From Octopus sinensis (Eukaryota): a stretch of 64,000 nucleotides of DNA. Positions 1 to 12,857 of the stretch are shown here, in pieces; positions within the stretch are counted from its first letter, which is position 1; every line of letters starts with the position of its first letter. The stretch is from contig NC_043020.1 in assembly GCF_006345805.1 (NCBI RefSeq), forward strand, positions 18,228,001-18,292,000, read 5' to 3'. The translations under genes were made by a program, and so were the position numbers. A model generated the notes under the pieces. That model saw nothing but the letters and a program-made list of their open reading frames with translations. It ran no database searches and was not told where the DNA came from.

Positions 1-453
1 CACACATTTATATATACATATATATTTACACACACACACACACACATATTTATATATACATATATATTTACACACACACACACACACACCCATATATAAC
101 TTTTTAAAATCCATTGAAGTCAATGAAACTCTAATTAGCCATTTTCATACACTTTGAAAAGAAATAGGTATTGCACAATCGGTTTGTTTAAATATATATA
201 TAAGGACAAAAAAATTGTAAATTCTATGCAATGACAAGTGTGCATGCATGCACGTGTACACACATGCACATGCATGCACCACACAGGTCTCAAGCAAGCT
301 ATTGATGGCATGGTTATTTTGTGGTATCAAATTCAATACTTTACAGTTCTTTTTTTAGTTGAAATATTGACATGGTTCATTCTTTAGGTTGTTTCTATGG
401 GTCTGATAAAATAAGTTACAGTTAAGGTCAATCTGTTTCAATATATAACTATG

Positions 454-489
<36 letters not shown>

Positions 490-2039
490 GGTCTGCTGTC
501 ACTAGCTGTTTCGGCCAGAATGTTTCTGAATTATACTAAGGTGAAAGGGGAGATGCCTTGCCCTGCCTTGCCTAGCTTTTGGGCCCTTAACTCCTTGATT
601 GAGTCAAGGAGGTGCTATTATGGCATACAGTATATCTTGGGCAGTTTTAAAACTGGTGGAACCCATCCCTCTGTAGGTCTCACCACAGCTGATTTCTTTT
701 TCTTCTTCTTATGAGAGAAAATGAAACAAAGAGGAAGAATGTACCCCAGTATAGGAATGGTACTTTATCAACCTTGAAAAGATGAAAGGCAAAGTTGACA
801 AGGAGACAGAGAGGTTCAAAAAAAAGATCATCATCATTTTACATATGCTTTACATGCTAGCATGGGTTGTTGAATGAGTCGTCACACACCTTGTCACCTC
901 CCATTCAGAGCTACTGCTGCTAAATACTGGTGCCATTTGTCTTTGTTTCTGCAGCTAGATGTCTCTCCTACTGCCAAGCTTTCACAGAGTGTACTCGATG
1001 CATTTTTCTTGAGGTACCAACACTAGAGAAGCTGAATTGTCCTTGGTGAGACAGAACAGGAGGGACCCCCACAACTGTACACTTTGTCTGCTCATTTAGT
1101 CAACAACTAAAGCCTGTGAACAGTAAGTGGAGAACCTTGTACACAGTAAATGTAGAAGAAATAGTCAATTACAATATGTAGACCAAGGAGGGAAAGGAGA
1201 TGGAATAATGACTACTATTGGTTACACATATATTCCAACACACACATATACATCATCATCATCATCATCAACATTTAACATCTGTTTTCCATGCTGGCAT
1301 GGTTTGGATGACTCGAGAGGAATTGACAAGGCTAGGAGCCACTCCGGGTTTTGGTTTGGTTTCTACTGTTGGATGCCCTTTGTAATGCCAACCATTTGAC
1401 AGAGTGTACTGGGTGCTTTTTATGTGGAGCTGTACAAATGTTTAAGATGAGAATCTAAAATTATGCAAAGTGACAAGATCTTATGGTGATGGTGGCTACT
1501 TCCAAGAACAACACTTTAAGAGAACATCCTGACCAAAATCTCCTCAATATTTGTCTGAAAACAAGCAACAGGAAACTGTATGGTCACAACCAATAGTTAG
1601 CCCTTAGTCAAACCTGAATACTAGGATTACATTCTCTGAAGTCTCTTCCCCTTTCTTAGGGTAGGATACTTTAGTATTTAAATTAGTCATAACCAGCTCA
1701 AATATTGTACCGGTTTTCTGTTAAAACTGACCAGATCTAGCCTCTCAAATTTACCCGACAATGTCATTCTGAAAACAAACAGTCACATCATCAAAGTCTC
1801 TAAGTTACAGGATAATGTATGATTAATTCAAAACTATGTGAATAAATAAGCATTATATGTTAATGGGTCAGGATGTGAAGGTGTGATTTAAGATAGATTT
1901 AATTACTATCTTTTGCATGTTGAGATCCCCAAGTGACTCTGTCATTATTAATTGAATAGAAAGGTAAAAAAATTTTATACACAATACATAACTTATTCTA
2001 AAACTAGTTATAACTAATCAATTTACAACAATGTTAAAA

Positions 2040-2893
2040 TTAGGTGAACTCTAGGTTAATTAAAATATGTTTGTTACATATTTCAACTTCTAACGGCAAA
2101 CTCACTGCAGTGACCATGAAGAAAAAATTCTCTTACGGTAAAAAGCTGTAGAAACACCCCATCTGCCCAGTACTCCTTCTTAGATGCATTAAGCTCTTTA
2201 ATGTTATCAATGGGAAATACCGAAGAGAAAGTAACTCTGGGCATATTTTAAAGCCATAGCTTTAACTAAGACACAGTCACTGTTGTTGACTGTGTTGTGC
2301 TATTAGACCACCAAGTTGGAATAAATTCAACAGTATCAGTGCCAGACAGTATTTAGGCATAAGTGAACTTTAGGTTAGTTACAGGGCAGTGCTGGGCAGA
2401 TATGGTGTTTTTACACCTTTTTACAATAAGCGAGTATTTTTTCTCCATGGTAACTGCAGTGAATTTGCCATTTGAAGATGAAATATGTGACAAACATTTT
2501 AACCAACCTAAAGTTCATTTATGCCTAAACACTGCTTGGCACTGAAACTGGTGAAATTTCTTCCAACCTGGCAGTCTAATGGTGCAACTCAATGTTGCTG
2601 ACTGTATTATAGTTAAAGCTACAGCTTTAATTAAGTCTGTCCAGAGTTGCTTCTCTTTGGTATTTGCCATTGATAATGGCTCAAGAGCTACAAACATGTC
2701 TAGGAATCTAATAGGGAGCAGCACTGGGTAGATATGGGTTTTTACACCTTTTTACCATAAGAGAGAATTTTTTTTCTCCACAGTATTTGTAGTGAATTCA
2801 GAAACTGAAATATGAAATATGCCATAAACATATCTTGACTAACTTAAAGTTTGCTTATGCCTAAACACTGCTTGGTACTGATACTGCTGAACA
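2040..2893. repeat. Complex fold-back: ~335-bp unit (2385-2720) with a partial tandem copy (2720-2893) and an inverted copy (2040-2380)
   Basis: 'ctgggcagatatggtgtttttacacctttttac' (~2393) recurs as 'ctgggtagatatgggtttttacaccttttt' (~2724). 2040-2380 reads as the diverged reverse complement of ~2500-2860 (e.g. atcaatgggaaataccgaagagaaagtaactctgg vs ccagagttgcttctctttggtatttgccattgat). Confidence 0.8.
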
Positions 2894-3704
2894 TTAAAAC
2901 TATATTTTTATTTTTATTTTGAAGCTTTTATGTTTTTATGTTGTGTGCACATGCTTAAGAATATTTGTAATGTTTAGTAATCTGTCTAGTTGCATTTATT
3001 CACAGCTTTTACATACAAACATGATTTTCAGACAATCCTGAATGTCCAATGAAACCTAACTAGAAATACTTATGGCGAGGAGGTGAGAAAGTAAGACAAA
3101 TACAGTTTCAAACAAGAAAGAATTTGTGACAAAAGTAAAACAATGTGTAGCGCAGACACAACTCAAATGTTGTATTTTGTAAAGACAAAGTTTCATATTG
3201 CATATATAGACTCGTACGTAAAAAGAAAAACCACAGTTGCCACTAACAAGAGACTACGACTTGCTAGCATGTTCCATGCTTTCACTAACTGTTTTAGGTG
3301 CAGACATAGATACCCTCCTTTCCATCTCATCCTTGACCAAATGAGACAGTGAGGATATGATAGGCGGTAGGGAGGAGTATAAAAAAAATGAGGGCTGCAA
3401 CAACATTCAGCTGGTGTTCATTTTCAGCTGAGGAGACTGAAGCAATGTGAACTGAAATGCCCTGCTTAAGGACACAACTGCACCACCGAGTCCAAGAATG
3501 AAACCTACAACTTTATGATCGGGAGCCCAGGACTCTAACCACCTATCTGGGATAGGCTGAATATAAGCAGAAACTGGGGTTTATCAATTCTACCTAGACA
3601 TTGCTCAACAAAATGTTAAGCTATTTACAGGGGCCAGTGCAGTAAGAAAAGGGGATGCAACATTTCCAAAATGGTCTGGCATTTACAAGATAAACTTTCG
3701 AAGG

Positions 3705-3874
3705 TTGTGTTGTAATAAGTGTGATTAAGAAAGAAGCTTGCTAATCAACCATGTGGTTTCAGGATTGGTTCTCTGCATGGTGTCTTGGGAAAATATTTTC
3801 TACTAAAGAGCCCTGGGCCAACCAATGCTTTGAGTGAATCTGGTACATAGAAACTGTGTGGAAGCCTGTCATGA

Positions 3875-3905
<31 letters not shown>

Positions 3906-4130
3906 GAGACTGTAACTGTATTTGTGTAACCCCCATCTATCCCACTTGACAACCAATGTTGGTGTGTTTAAGTCTCTAACTTAACAGTTCATCAAAAGAT
4001 ATTGATAGAATAAGCACCAGACTTAAAAAGTTAAGTACAGGGGTTCAGTTTGTCTGGACTAAATGCCCTTCAAGGCATTGCTCCAGGTTGGCCACAATCC
4101 AATGAATGCAAAAATGTAAAAGACAAAAGA
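3705..4130 (+). mobile_element. tRNA-headed SINE family A, old copy
   Basis: Degenerate head (gcttgctaatcaaccatgtggtttcagg), internal (GT)n(GA)n, and family-A 3' half (gatagaataagcaccag...ggccacaatccaatga...aaaaga). Confidence 0.75.
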
Positions 4131-5129
4131 TTGACGTAATAAGCAAAGAAACAAAAATTAAAAACAGTTGGAGCATAGAGAATATGAAGAGTGTTCTTCA
4201 AAATAAGAAGACTACTTTAGACTTAGTGACACATTTAGTTAAGGTACAATTTTGTATTTACACACTTAACATTTCCAGTAAAGAAATAAAAGAATCTATA
4301 TTCTCAATAAGATTTTTGTTTTTAAAGGAAAAATGTAAAACTAGGTAATCCAAATTAAAATGTACTCAGAAATGTTATATGAATAAAATAACGTATAAGC
4401 ATTCATCCAATTGAAATCAATAGCACAAATAGAGGTTTATGCATGTTCTAACGCAGTTTAAAATACAATAACAATATTTCACGTATTATTATAATCAGTT
4501 TAAATAGAAAATAAGCTAAAAAAAAAAAAACTACAAAATTCTAGAAGTCACCACAAGGACATTGACTTTATGACAGGTGTGTAACAATAGCATAACCAAT
4601 ACACAATACACCTGAAATACAAAGCTGAGTAGTTAATAGCCTTTTATACTATTCTGTACTATTTTATTTATTACATAGTTATTTCTGTAGTTGTTTAGCC
4701 TCCTCCTATTTCAGTACTTATATAACAGATCTATAACTGAAAGACTCTTCTCACCTTTCCACATCCTCCACAAAAAACAACACTTTAGAAGTACATTGTC
4801 CAATAAGCCCTTCCATACAGACAGTAAAATGTAATTTTAGAATGATCTGATTGCTACATAATTCAACTCTTTCACATTTAAGTCAACTATATCCAACCCA
4901 AATATCCTACCTGTTTAATGTTCAAACTGGCCAGATCCAGCCTCTCGCACCTACCCTACAATGCTATTATTCTTAAAATAAACAATCACATTATCAAAAG
5001 CTCACAGCTACAAGATAATCCACAACTAATTCTAAACACTGTGAGTAATTAAACATTACATGTTTAAAATCAATATGTTTTATGCATTGATATCAGTATC
5101 TACAATATACATACACATATAAACATAAT

Positions 5130-5350
5130 GATAATTTCAAATTTTGGAAAAGGCCAGCAATTTCGGGGCGGGGGGAAGGGGTCAATTACACCAACTCCAG
5201 TGTTCAACTGGTACTTATTTTTACTGATCCCGAAAGGATGAAAGGCAAAGCTGACCTTGGCAGAATTTGAACTCACAACATAAAGACGGATGAAATGCCA
5301 CTAAGCATTTTTCCTGGAGTGCTAACAGTTCTGCCAGCTCACTCCCCTAA
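5130..5350 (-). mobile_element. SINE family B (tRNA head plus Meta-like central domain)
   Basis: actggtacttatt...cccgaaaggatgaaaggcaaag...gaatttgaactc...ctgccagctc; same as the copies at 6.1-7.0 kb. Confidence 0.8.
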
Positions 5351-6102
5351 CATATGACCATAACATGTGTGTGTGTGTATGTGTGTGTCTGTGTGCAACC
5401 TTGTGTAATATTATGGTCTAGGTGCTGATGTTACAAGTATACCTTTTAAATTCTGAAGTATTAGAATAATATAAAAAAAAGCTTGAGTTGTTTGTGTTCT
5501 ATTGGAATACATTGTGTTGATTGTATTATGCATACATGCTTGCACTGTATGTAGCAAGCAAGCCTTAAGTTGAGTTTTGTCTATCAGCAGCTCTCTCTCT
5601 CATTTAATGTAACCATCTTGTCTTTGTATTGGGTATGTAGCCCCCAAGGGATCAAGAATTCAAACATGTGCTCTTAATACTTTAGCAAGTGAAGTGGTCA
5701 GGTTATGCTGCCCTTCATCAGTTCCTGTGAAAGCTTGTTCACACACTGAGACAGTGAAGGAAGCCATGAAACACTGAAGCACAGTAGTTCTTGTATCGCA
5801 GGAAATATTTCTTTTTAAAACAGCAAACATAGTTAGGAATTTGTAGAATAAAGGGGAAAAAAAACAAAAAAACAATATTTTGAAGAAATAATCCAAAATT
5901 AATTTACGTTAAGTATTTCTGGTTAAAAGATAATGATAATGCACTAATTAACTCAAAGAAAATGTTCAAATAATTAAATTTTCTAAGGAATATTTTCATT
6001 AAATTATTGTTTCGAAAAATGATCTGTGTGTGTGTGTGTAAGACCGAAAGCATTGGTAATTTACAAAAAGAAAAGGGCTAAGAATATGTCTGAATTTGCA
6101 TA

Positions 6103-7010
6103 ATAATAACAATAATCCTTTCTGTTCTATTACAAGCACATGATCAAAAATTATGGAGGAGGGGGGGGCTAATCAATTACATTGACCCCGGTGCTCAACT
6201 GGTATATATTTTATTGATCCCTGAAAGGGTAAAAGGCTGAGTCAACCACGGCATAATTTGAATTCAGAACATAAAACAGACGAAATGCCACTAAGCATTT
6301 TCCCCAGCGTGCTAACGATTTTGCTAGCTCACCACCTTCTAAATGATAACAATCCCTTCTATTATAGGCACAAGGCCTGAAATTTTGGTAAAAAGGACTA
6401 GATGATTACATCAACCCCAGTGTGTCACTGGAACTAAATTTATCAACCCTGGTGGAATTTGAACACAGAACATAAAGATGGACAACATGCCACTCAGCAT
6501 TTTGCCCAGTGTGCTAACGATTCTTATTTCTTTATTGCCCACAAGGGGCTAAACACAGAGGGGACAAACAAGGACAGATTACATCGACCCCAGTGTGTAA
6601 CTGGTACTTAATTTATCGACCCCGAAAGGATGAAAGGCAAAGTCGACCTCGGCGGAATTTGAACTCAGAACGTAACGGCAGACGAAATACTGCTAAGCAT
6701 TTCGCCCGACGTGCTAACGTTTCTGCCAGCTCGCCGCCTTAATAATAATAATAATAATCTTTTCTACTAAAGGAACAAGGCCTGAAATTTTGGGGGAAGG
6801 AGCTTAGTTAATTACATCAGCCCCAGTACTCAACTGGTACTTATCGACCCCAAAAGGATGAAAAGCAAAGTTGACCTCGATGTAATTTGTATTTAGAACA
6901 TAAAACGGATGAAATGCCACTAAGCATTTTCCCCAGCATGCCAACAATTTCGCTAGCTCACTACCATAATAATAATAATAATAATAATAGTAATAATAAT
7001 AATAATAATA
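6103..7010 (-). mobile_element. Head-to-tail array of about 4 SINE family B copies; young CpG-rich copy at 6524-6740
   Basis: Repeated ~200-bp units separated by (AAT)n. Minus-strand head 'aaggcggcgagctggcagaaacgttagc...gagttcaaattc' has A/B-box-like motifs; the central 'gcctttcatcctttcggggtcgataaattaagtaccag' resembles the MetaSINE domain (from recall). Confidence 0.85.
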
Positions 7011-7456
7011 AAAAAACAAAGGACAGAAAAAAATAGAAGCAAAACCATAAACTTAAAATAAGAAGAGCTGAAGGAAAATATGTAAAGAAAAAAGTGAGGG
7101 TATGTCACTTCTCATTTAAGAAAGTTGATTCTAAATTTCACCTTGCATAAACTTCATAGTTATATATAAGATAGTTCCCAAGAAGACATTCGAAAATAAC
7201 CACAGAGAAATTATTCTGTTAACTAAAATACATCCAATATGCAAGGAAGAAATCTTTATTTTTAACCTTATCATTACAAATACTGAAAAGAACAATACCA
7301 CTTAGCTAATAATGAAAGTAGAGTGTGTAACATGAGTGTACATATATACAACAATAATAATCCTTTCTATTATAAGCACAAGGCCTGAATGAGAAAATTT
7401 TTATATATATATACATATATGAACAAACATATGTATATATATATACCTTTTTAGAT

Positions 7457-7494
<38 letters not shown>

Positions 7495-7500
<6 letters not shown>

Positions 7501-7791
7501 TAAGGGTAGAAATTGATATTAGTCAATTAAAACCAGTGGTCTAGCACATTAAAAGAATCCGAAGATTAAAATATTTATATATACCAATTAAGGACTGAAC
7601 ACGAAAAGGTGGACAGTCAACATGCTAGATATAGACGTCAAATCGCCATTCTCCACAAAGATTTTGTTCTCAAATAAAAATAAAATGAATTTTATTTTTA
7701 TTTGAGAACAAAATCTTTGTGAAGAATGGCGATTTGACGTCTATATCTAGCATGTTGACTGTCCACCTTTTCGTGTTCAGTCCTTAATTGG

Positions 7792-7799
<8 letters not shown>
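7495..7799. mobile_element. Tail-plus-palindrome element inserted in (TA)n (arms ~7576-7686 and ~7689-7799)
   Basis: ~110-bp arms with one visible mismatch and a 2-nt centre (ga); ~80-bp unduplicated tail on the left; (TA)n on both sides. Confidence 0.85.
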
Positions 7800-7832
<33 letters not shown>

Positions 7833-9439
7833 ACACACACATCTACACATACCTATACACACACACACACCTACATGCACATGTATTATGTATGTATGTA
7901 ACACAACTAAGCACACAATAGATGTATTTATATGGATACATTTGTATGTTCTGTCCATTACATATAAATATCAAAATAAATGATCTGAATGCTGGATAAT
8001 GTAATCAGTGCAGCTTTAAAAATAATTTGAGAAACAAAACCAAAAAAAAAAAGAACGGAAGAAAAAAAAGGAAAGGAAAAGGCACATCATGAGGAGTTGA
8101 GTGGGCAAGATATGGAAACAGAGACCAACAATAGATACACATGCATTTACATTGTTTTTTTTTCCTTTGAGCAAAACTGACAGGATTTATTAATGACTGC
8201 AATAATAAATAGAGAAGATAATAAATTGCGTATTTAGGTTGTGGAGATAATAAAAGTAAAAAATAAATTAATCGCTGCGTGCAAAGACAGTTGAGTGCCC
8301 TACTTAAAAATGTATGTATGTATGTATGTAAGATATGTATGTGTAAATGTTGATAATAAATAACAATGACAAATATCTCTACAAATTCAAATGATTGTAA
8401 AGGTAGTTTGATCGGATCCAATTTACTGCAAGTTGTTTTAGTGGGATACAAGGACACATAATCTATGTAAAGCAACAAGTAACGTCCCATGGTTTTATAC
8501 TCTGCTCATGCCACTTAACACATGTAAATGAATTAAGACAAATAGTTTTCTTGCTCAAGGACAAATAAACACCTGAAATGGATTCTGAACACTCATGAGC
8601 CAAACAGTCAAATACTGTACCCACTCGAAACATTTCACATCTCTTCTTTTCCTCTCCATAATTGTGTGTGTGTGTGCATATTATCATCATCATCATCTTT
8701 TAACATCTGTTTTCTTCATTGGCACAGGTTGGACAGTTTGACAGGAGTTGTCAAGATTCTAATTATCCCTTGAGGCATGGTTTCTACAGTTGGACGCCCC
8801 TTCCTAACACCTATATATTTATATATCCTGCTCCTCCTGCTAAAGAGGATTGACCCACAAGAGCCCTGTGCCGGTGCCATGTAAAAAGCACCCATGCCAG
8901 TCCCACCTAAAATGTGCTAGTGCCATGTAAAAGCACCCATGCCAGTGCAACTCAAAAGGCACCCAGCACACTCTGTAAAGTGGTTGGCATTCGGAAAGGC
9001 ATCCAGCTGTAGAAACCAAGCCAAATCAAACTGGAACCTGGTGCAGCTCTCCTGGTTGCCAACTCTGGTCAAACCATCCAACCCATACCAGCATGGAAAA
9101 CAGACACTAAAAGATGATGGTGGTCAAATTTCACAGTATCACTATATCAACCAGGTTATTGGATGCTGTTATACACAGCTGATCACAATGCACTTTGTCA
9201 CATCGTTGTAGCTTTCAAATGATGCCATCCCACTGGCTGGATGGGCAGGTCAGCATTCACCTTGAATGGGATGCCAGCCAGTTACAGGGAGTGGATTGGA
9301 GCAATATGGAATAATGTGTTTTACTCAAGAGCACAAGACACTGCTGGTCTGGACACCAAAACCAAAATCTCACAATCCTGACTGCAACAACCTAACCACT
9401 AGGCTATGCACCTATACACACACACTCGTAATGAGACAC

Positions 9440-9610
9440 TTTGCCTTCTCTCCTTTTTCCTCTTTCTGATGAAGAGACATGTTCGAAACGTCACCCACCC
9501 TCTTTTTTCCATCTTAAACTTTCTCTGATACATCCATTATGTACATCCTTTTGACTTTTATTGTTTTTCCTGTTTTTGTTTTTATTTCTGCCTTTTATTT
9601 TTGATTTACA
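9440..9610 (+). other. Degenerate hammerhead-like core followed by a T-rich tract (candidate Penelope-like element terminus)
   Basis: CTGATGA(9466-9472)-agagacatgttc-GAAAC-GTC(9485-9492); helix I is not evident. Confidence 0.45.
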
Positions 9611-10424
9611 CACACACTCACACACTTTATATGTTCTTTTTACATACATTTTTGTCTGCCAGCATAACTTAAGCATATTTATTATGGAGTGTGTTTTACA
9701 GCTGGATGCTCTTTCTGTAGCTAATCTTTTCCTGATTTTCAAGTAAGAGATTTCTTATTTTACAAGTCTTCAAAGATGCAAAGCAAGCTGACAATCAGTT
9801 AAGTAACAATGCCCCAAGAAGCAACAAGTGTGTGCACTCACACACGTTGCCTTTCTTTTACTGATTTTAGTTAGAGAGCTGTGGTCGTGTCTGGGGTCAT
9901 TGTCTTCAGGAGACAATCGGAAGAATGGAAACACAAATCATTCAGAAGAATGAAAATATAAATCAAACAAGATGGGATGTGGATTTGAACCTCAAGCACA
10001 ATAAGCAAATACTAAAAGGTATTTTCAGGACAATACTCAAACTCCCACCGCCACTCAACTAAAGATAACACAAGAGAAAAGCAAAACAAAATAAAGTCTT
10101 GATTCTTTCACTTATTCAACATTCTTTTTTTTTTCCATTCTGACATGCATTTGGACATAAATTGAGACAGGATTTTACAGCCTGATGATCTTTATATTAT
10201 TAACTTGTGCCTGTTTTTAAAGTAAAGGGCTTCTTTATTCCACAGGTCTTTTGAAAGCACAGAGTATTGGCCATGTCTATGAGGATTGTCAATATCACCA
10301 AAACTTCACTCAAGTGGTAACGAATGTGGATTGTAAACATTCACAGACACACACCTACAAAATTCCCTCATATTTCCATCTCAGTACAATTGGTTATTAG
10401 AGAATTTGGTAGATGACAACAAGT

Positions 10425-10713
10425 ATTCCAGTTTATTTGATCAACAGAAAAGCCTGCTTGCGAAATTAATGGCTGAGCACTCCACAGGCCTGCGTACTCT
10501 TAAAATAATTCTCAGAGAGATTTAGTGTGACACACAATGTCACAAAGTCGACTCTTTGAATTACCAGAACAACTCATTTTTGCCAGCCGAGTGGACTGGA
10601 ATGACATGAAATAAAGTGTCTTGCCCAGGGACACACATGTGCTGCCAGGAATCGAACTCACAACGTCACAATGATGAGCCGAATACCCTGGCCACTAAGC
10701 CACATACCTTCAA
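10425..10713 (-). mobile_element. tRNA-headed SINE with CORE-like domain
   Basis: Minus strand: gtggcttagtgg (A box)...gagttcgattcc (B box)...gtgtccctgggcaagacactttatttc. Relatives at ~3410-3545, ~8440-8620 and ~9195-9410. Confidence 0.7.
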
Positions 10714-10876
10714 ACATGACAAGCTTCCTTAGCAAAATCTTCCATAAGCCATTGATCACCTGGAGGTTACAGTAGAAGGCAGTCATCCAAGGTGCAACAC
10801 AGGGATTGAACCTGAAACTATGTGGTTGCAAAAGACAATTTCCTAATCATATACAATAACTACAAAGGGTCTAAAA

Positions 10877-11500
10877 CAGTGGTTCTTAACTGGGCTCCAT
10901 ATAAGATTTTATTGCTAAAGTTTATTCTTTTACTTCTCTCAGCCATTTGACTGCGGCCATGCTGGAGCACTGCCTTAAAAAGTTTTAGTCGAAGAAATCA
11001 ACCCAGGATTTATTCTTTGTAAGCCTAGTACTTACTCTATCGGCTTCTTTTGCTGAACCACTAAGTTATAGTTATCAGTTGTCAAGCAATGGTGGGGGGA
11101 CAAGCACAGACACAAAAGATATACACACATAAATACAAACACACACAGACATATATGATGGGCTTCTTTTAGTTTCCGTCCACCAAATCCACTCACAAGG
11201 CTTTGGTTGGCCCAAGGCTATAGTAGAAGACATTTTAGCAAGGTGCTGTGCAGTGGGACTGAACCTTGAACCATGTGGTTGAGAAGCAAGCTTCTTACCA
11301 CACAGCCATGCCTGCATCTATGTGTAATAAATTGGTTATTCTTCTACAATATACAAAATATTTTAATCTTTTTGTATGATTCCTAATATTTAATTATAAA
11401 AACACGAGATTTTTTTCAAACATCAAATGACCTTGAGGGTCCACTTGAATGAAATAGGAATCAAAGGGGTTTATAACGAAAAGATGGTTGAGAACCGTTA
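10877..11500 (+). mobile_element. hAT-type MITE interrupted by a family-A SINE (10925-11317, minus)
   Basis: TIRs cagtggttcttaac / ggttgagaaccgtta; 8-bp TSD gtctaaaa / gtctaaat. Confidence 0.8.
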
Positions 11501-11871
11501 GTCTAAATGGTAATGTCCAAATCTCTACCATCAACATGAACAAATAGCTAATAAAACTAGATGGTGTTATAATTTCCTGAACTCTCTCTCTCACACACAC
11601 ACCACACACACACACACACATTACATGATTAATAGTTATATTAAGTATGAGTAGCTTGCAATGGAGAAATCTGAATGTAAAAAGTAACAATTCAGACACT
11701 GAACAGTTGTAAAGTCTGTTAAGTTATAGATAATGGTAATTAATAAAGCAGTGGCTTAATTACCAGACATGGGAGAACACTGACCTAAATACATTGCAGC
11801 ATTTAACTTCACCACTGAGGGCCAGGCTCAACATCAACCCTTTCAATCTCTTAATTCTTTTGTTAACATAT

Positions 11872-12088
11872 CTCTTTACTCTCTTTTACTCTTTTGCTTG
11901 TTTCAGTCATTTGACTGCGGCCATGCTGGAGCACCGCCTTTAGTCGAGCAAATCGACCCCGGGTCTATTCTTTGTAAGCCCAGTACTTATTCTATCGGTC
12001 TCTTTTACTGAACCGCTAAGTGACGGGGACGTAAACACACCTGCATCGGTTGTCAAGCAATGCTAGGAGGACAAACACAGACGCACAA

Positions 12089-12121
<33 letters not shown>

Positions 12122-12284
12122 CGACAGGCTTCTTTCAGTTTCCGTCTACCAAATCCACTCACAAGGCATTGGTCGGCCCGGGGCTATAGCAGAAGACACT
12201 TGCCCAAGATGCCACACAGTGGGACTGAACCCGGAAACATGTGGTTGGTAAGCAAGCTACTTACCTCACAGCCGCTCCTGCGCC
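11872..12284 (-). mobile_element. SINE family A, young full-length copy
   Basis: Head ggcgcaggagcggctgtgaggt...ccgggttcagtccc (A/B boxes), internal (TA)n(TG)n, tail (aaaagagt)n; CpGs intact; closely similar to 27342-27760 and 52379-52772. Confidence 0.9.
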
Positions 12285-12628
12285 TATCTGTGTTGATATA
12301 CACTGTGTTTGTTTCAATTAATTTTTAAAATAATACAGAATTTAGTAAAATAATTCTGTCATTATCAAACTAGTTTGGAACACAAATTAGCATGAAATTG
12401 TGGTGAAAGATTTTAATTTAGATAACTTTAACCTTTTAGCATTCAGGTTACTCTGTCAAATGTAAGGCTTATTTAGACATACTGTTTTGAATTAATCATG
12501 CATTATCTCATAACTTTAAGATCTCAATGATGTGATTGTTTACATTTAGAATTAATTTTAGGATTTAAACAGGATATATCTGGCCAAAATATTCTTCCTG
12601 CTTTATGTTCAAACTGGCTAAATCCAGT

Positions 12629-12857
12629 TTAACCCTTTAGTGTTTAAACTGGCCAAATCCGGCCCAATATATTCTACATGTTTTATATTCAAACTGGCAA
12701 TATCTAGCTTCTCACACCTAACCTACAATGCCATTCTAAAAATAAACAATCACATCATTGAAACCTCAAAGCTGTAAGATAATCCAGGATTAATCCAAAA
12801 CAATTTGAGTGAAAAAGTATTACATTTAACAGAGTAATCTGAACACTAAAGGGTTAA
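12629..12857 (+). mobile_element. piggyBac-type MITE family E (~225 bp)
   Basis: TTAA|CCCTTTAGTGTT ... AACACTAAAGGG|TTAA. Further copies near 1670, 4870, 12430, 23935, 25209, 26928, 43050, 43350, 43896, 48715, 49098, 56720 and 56950. Confidence 0.9.
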
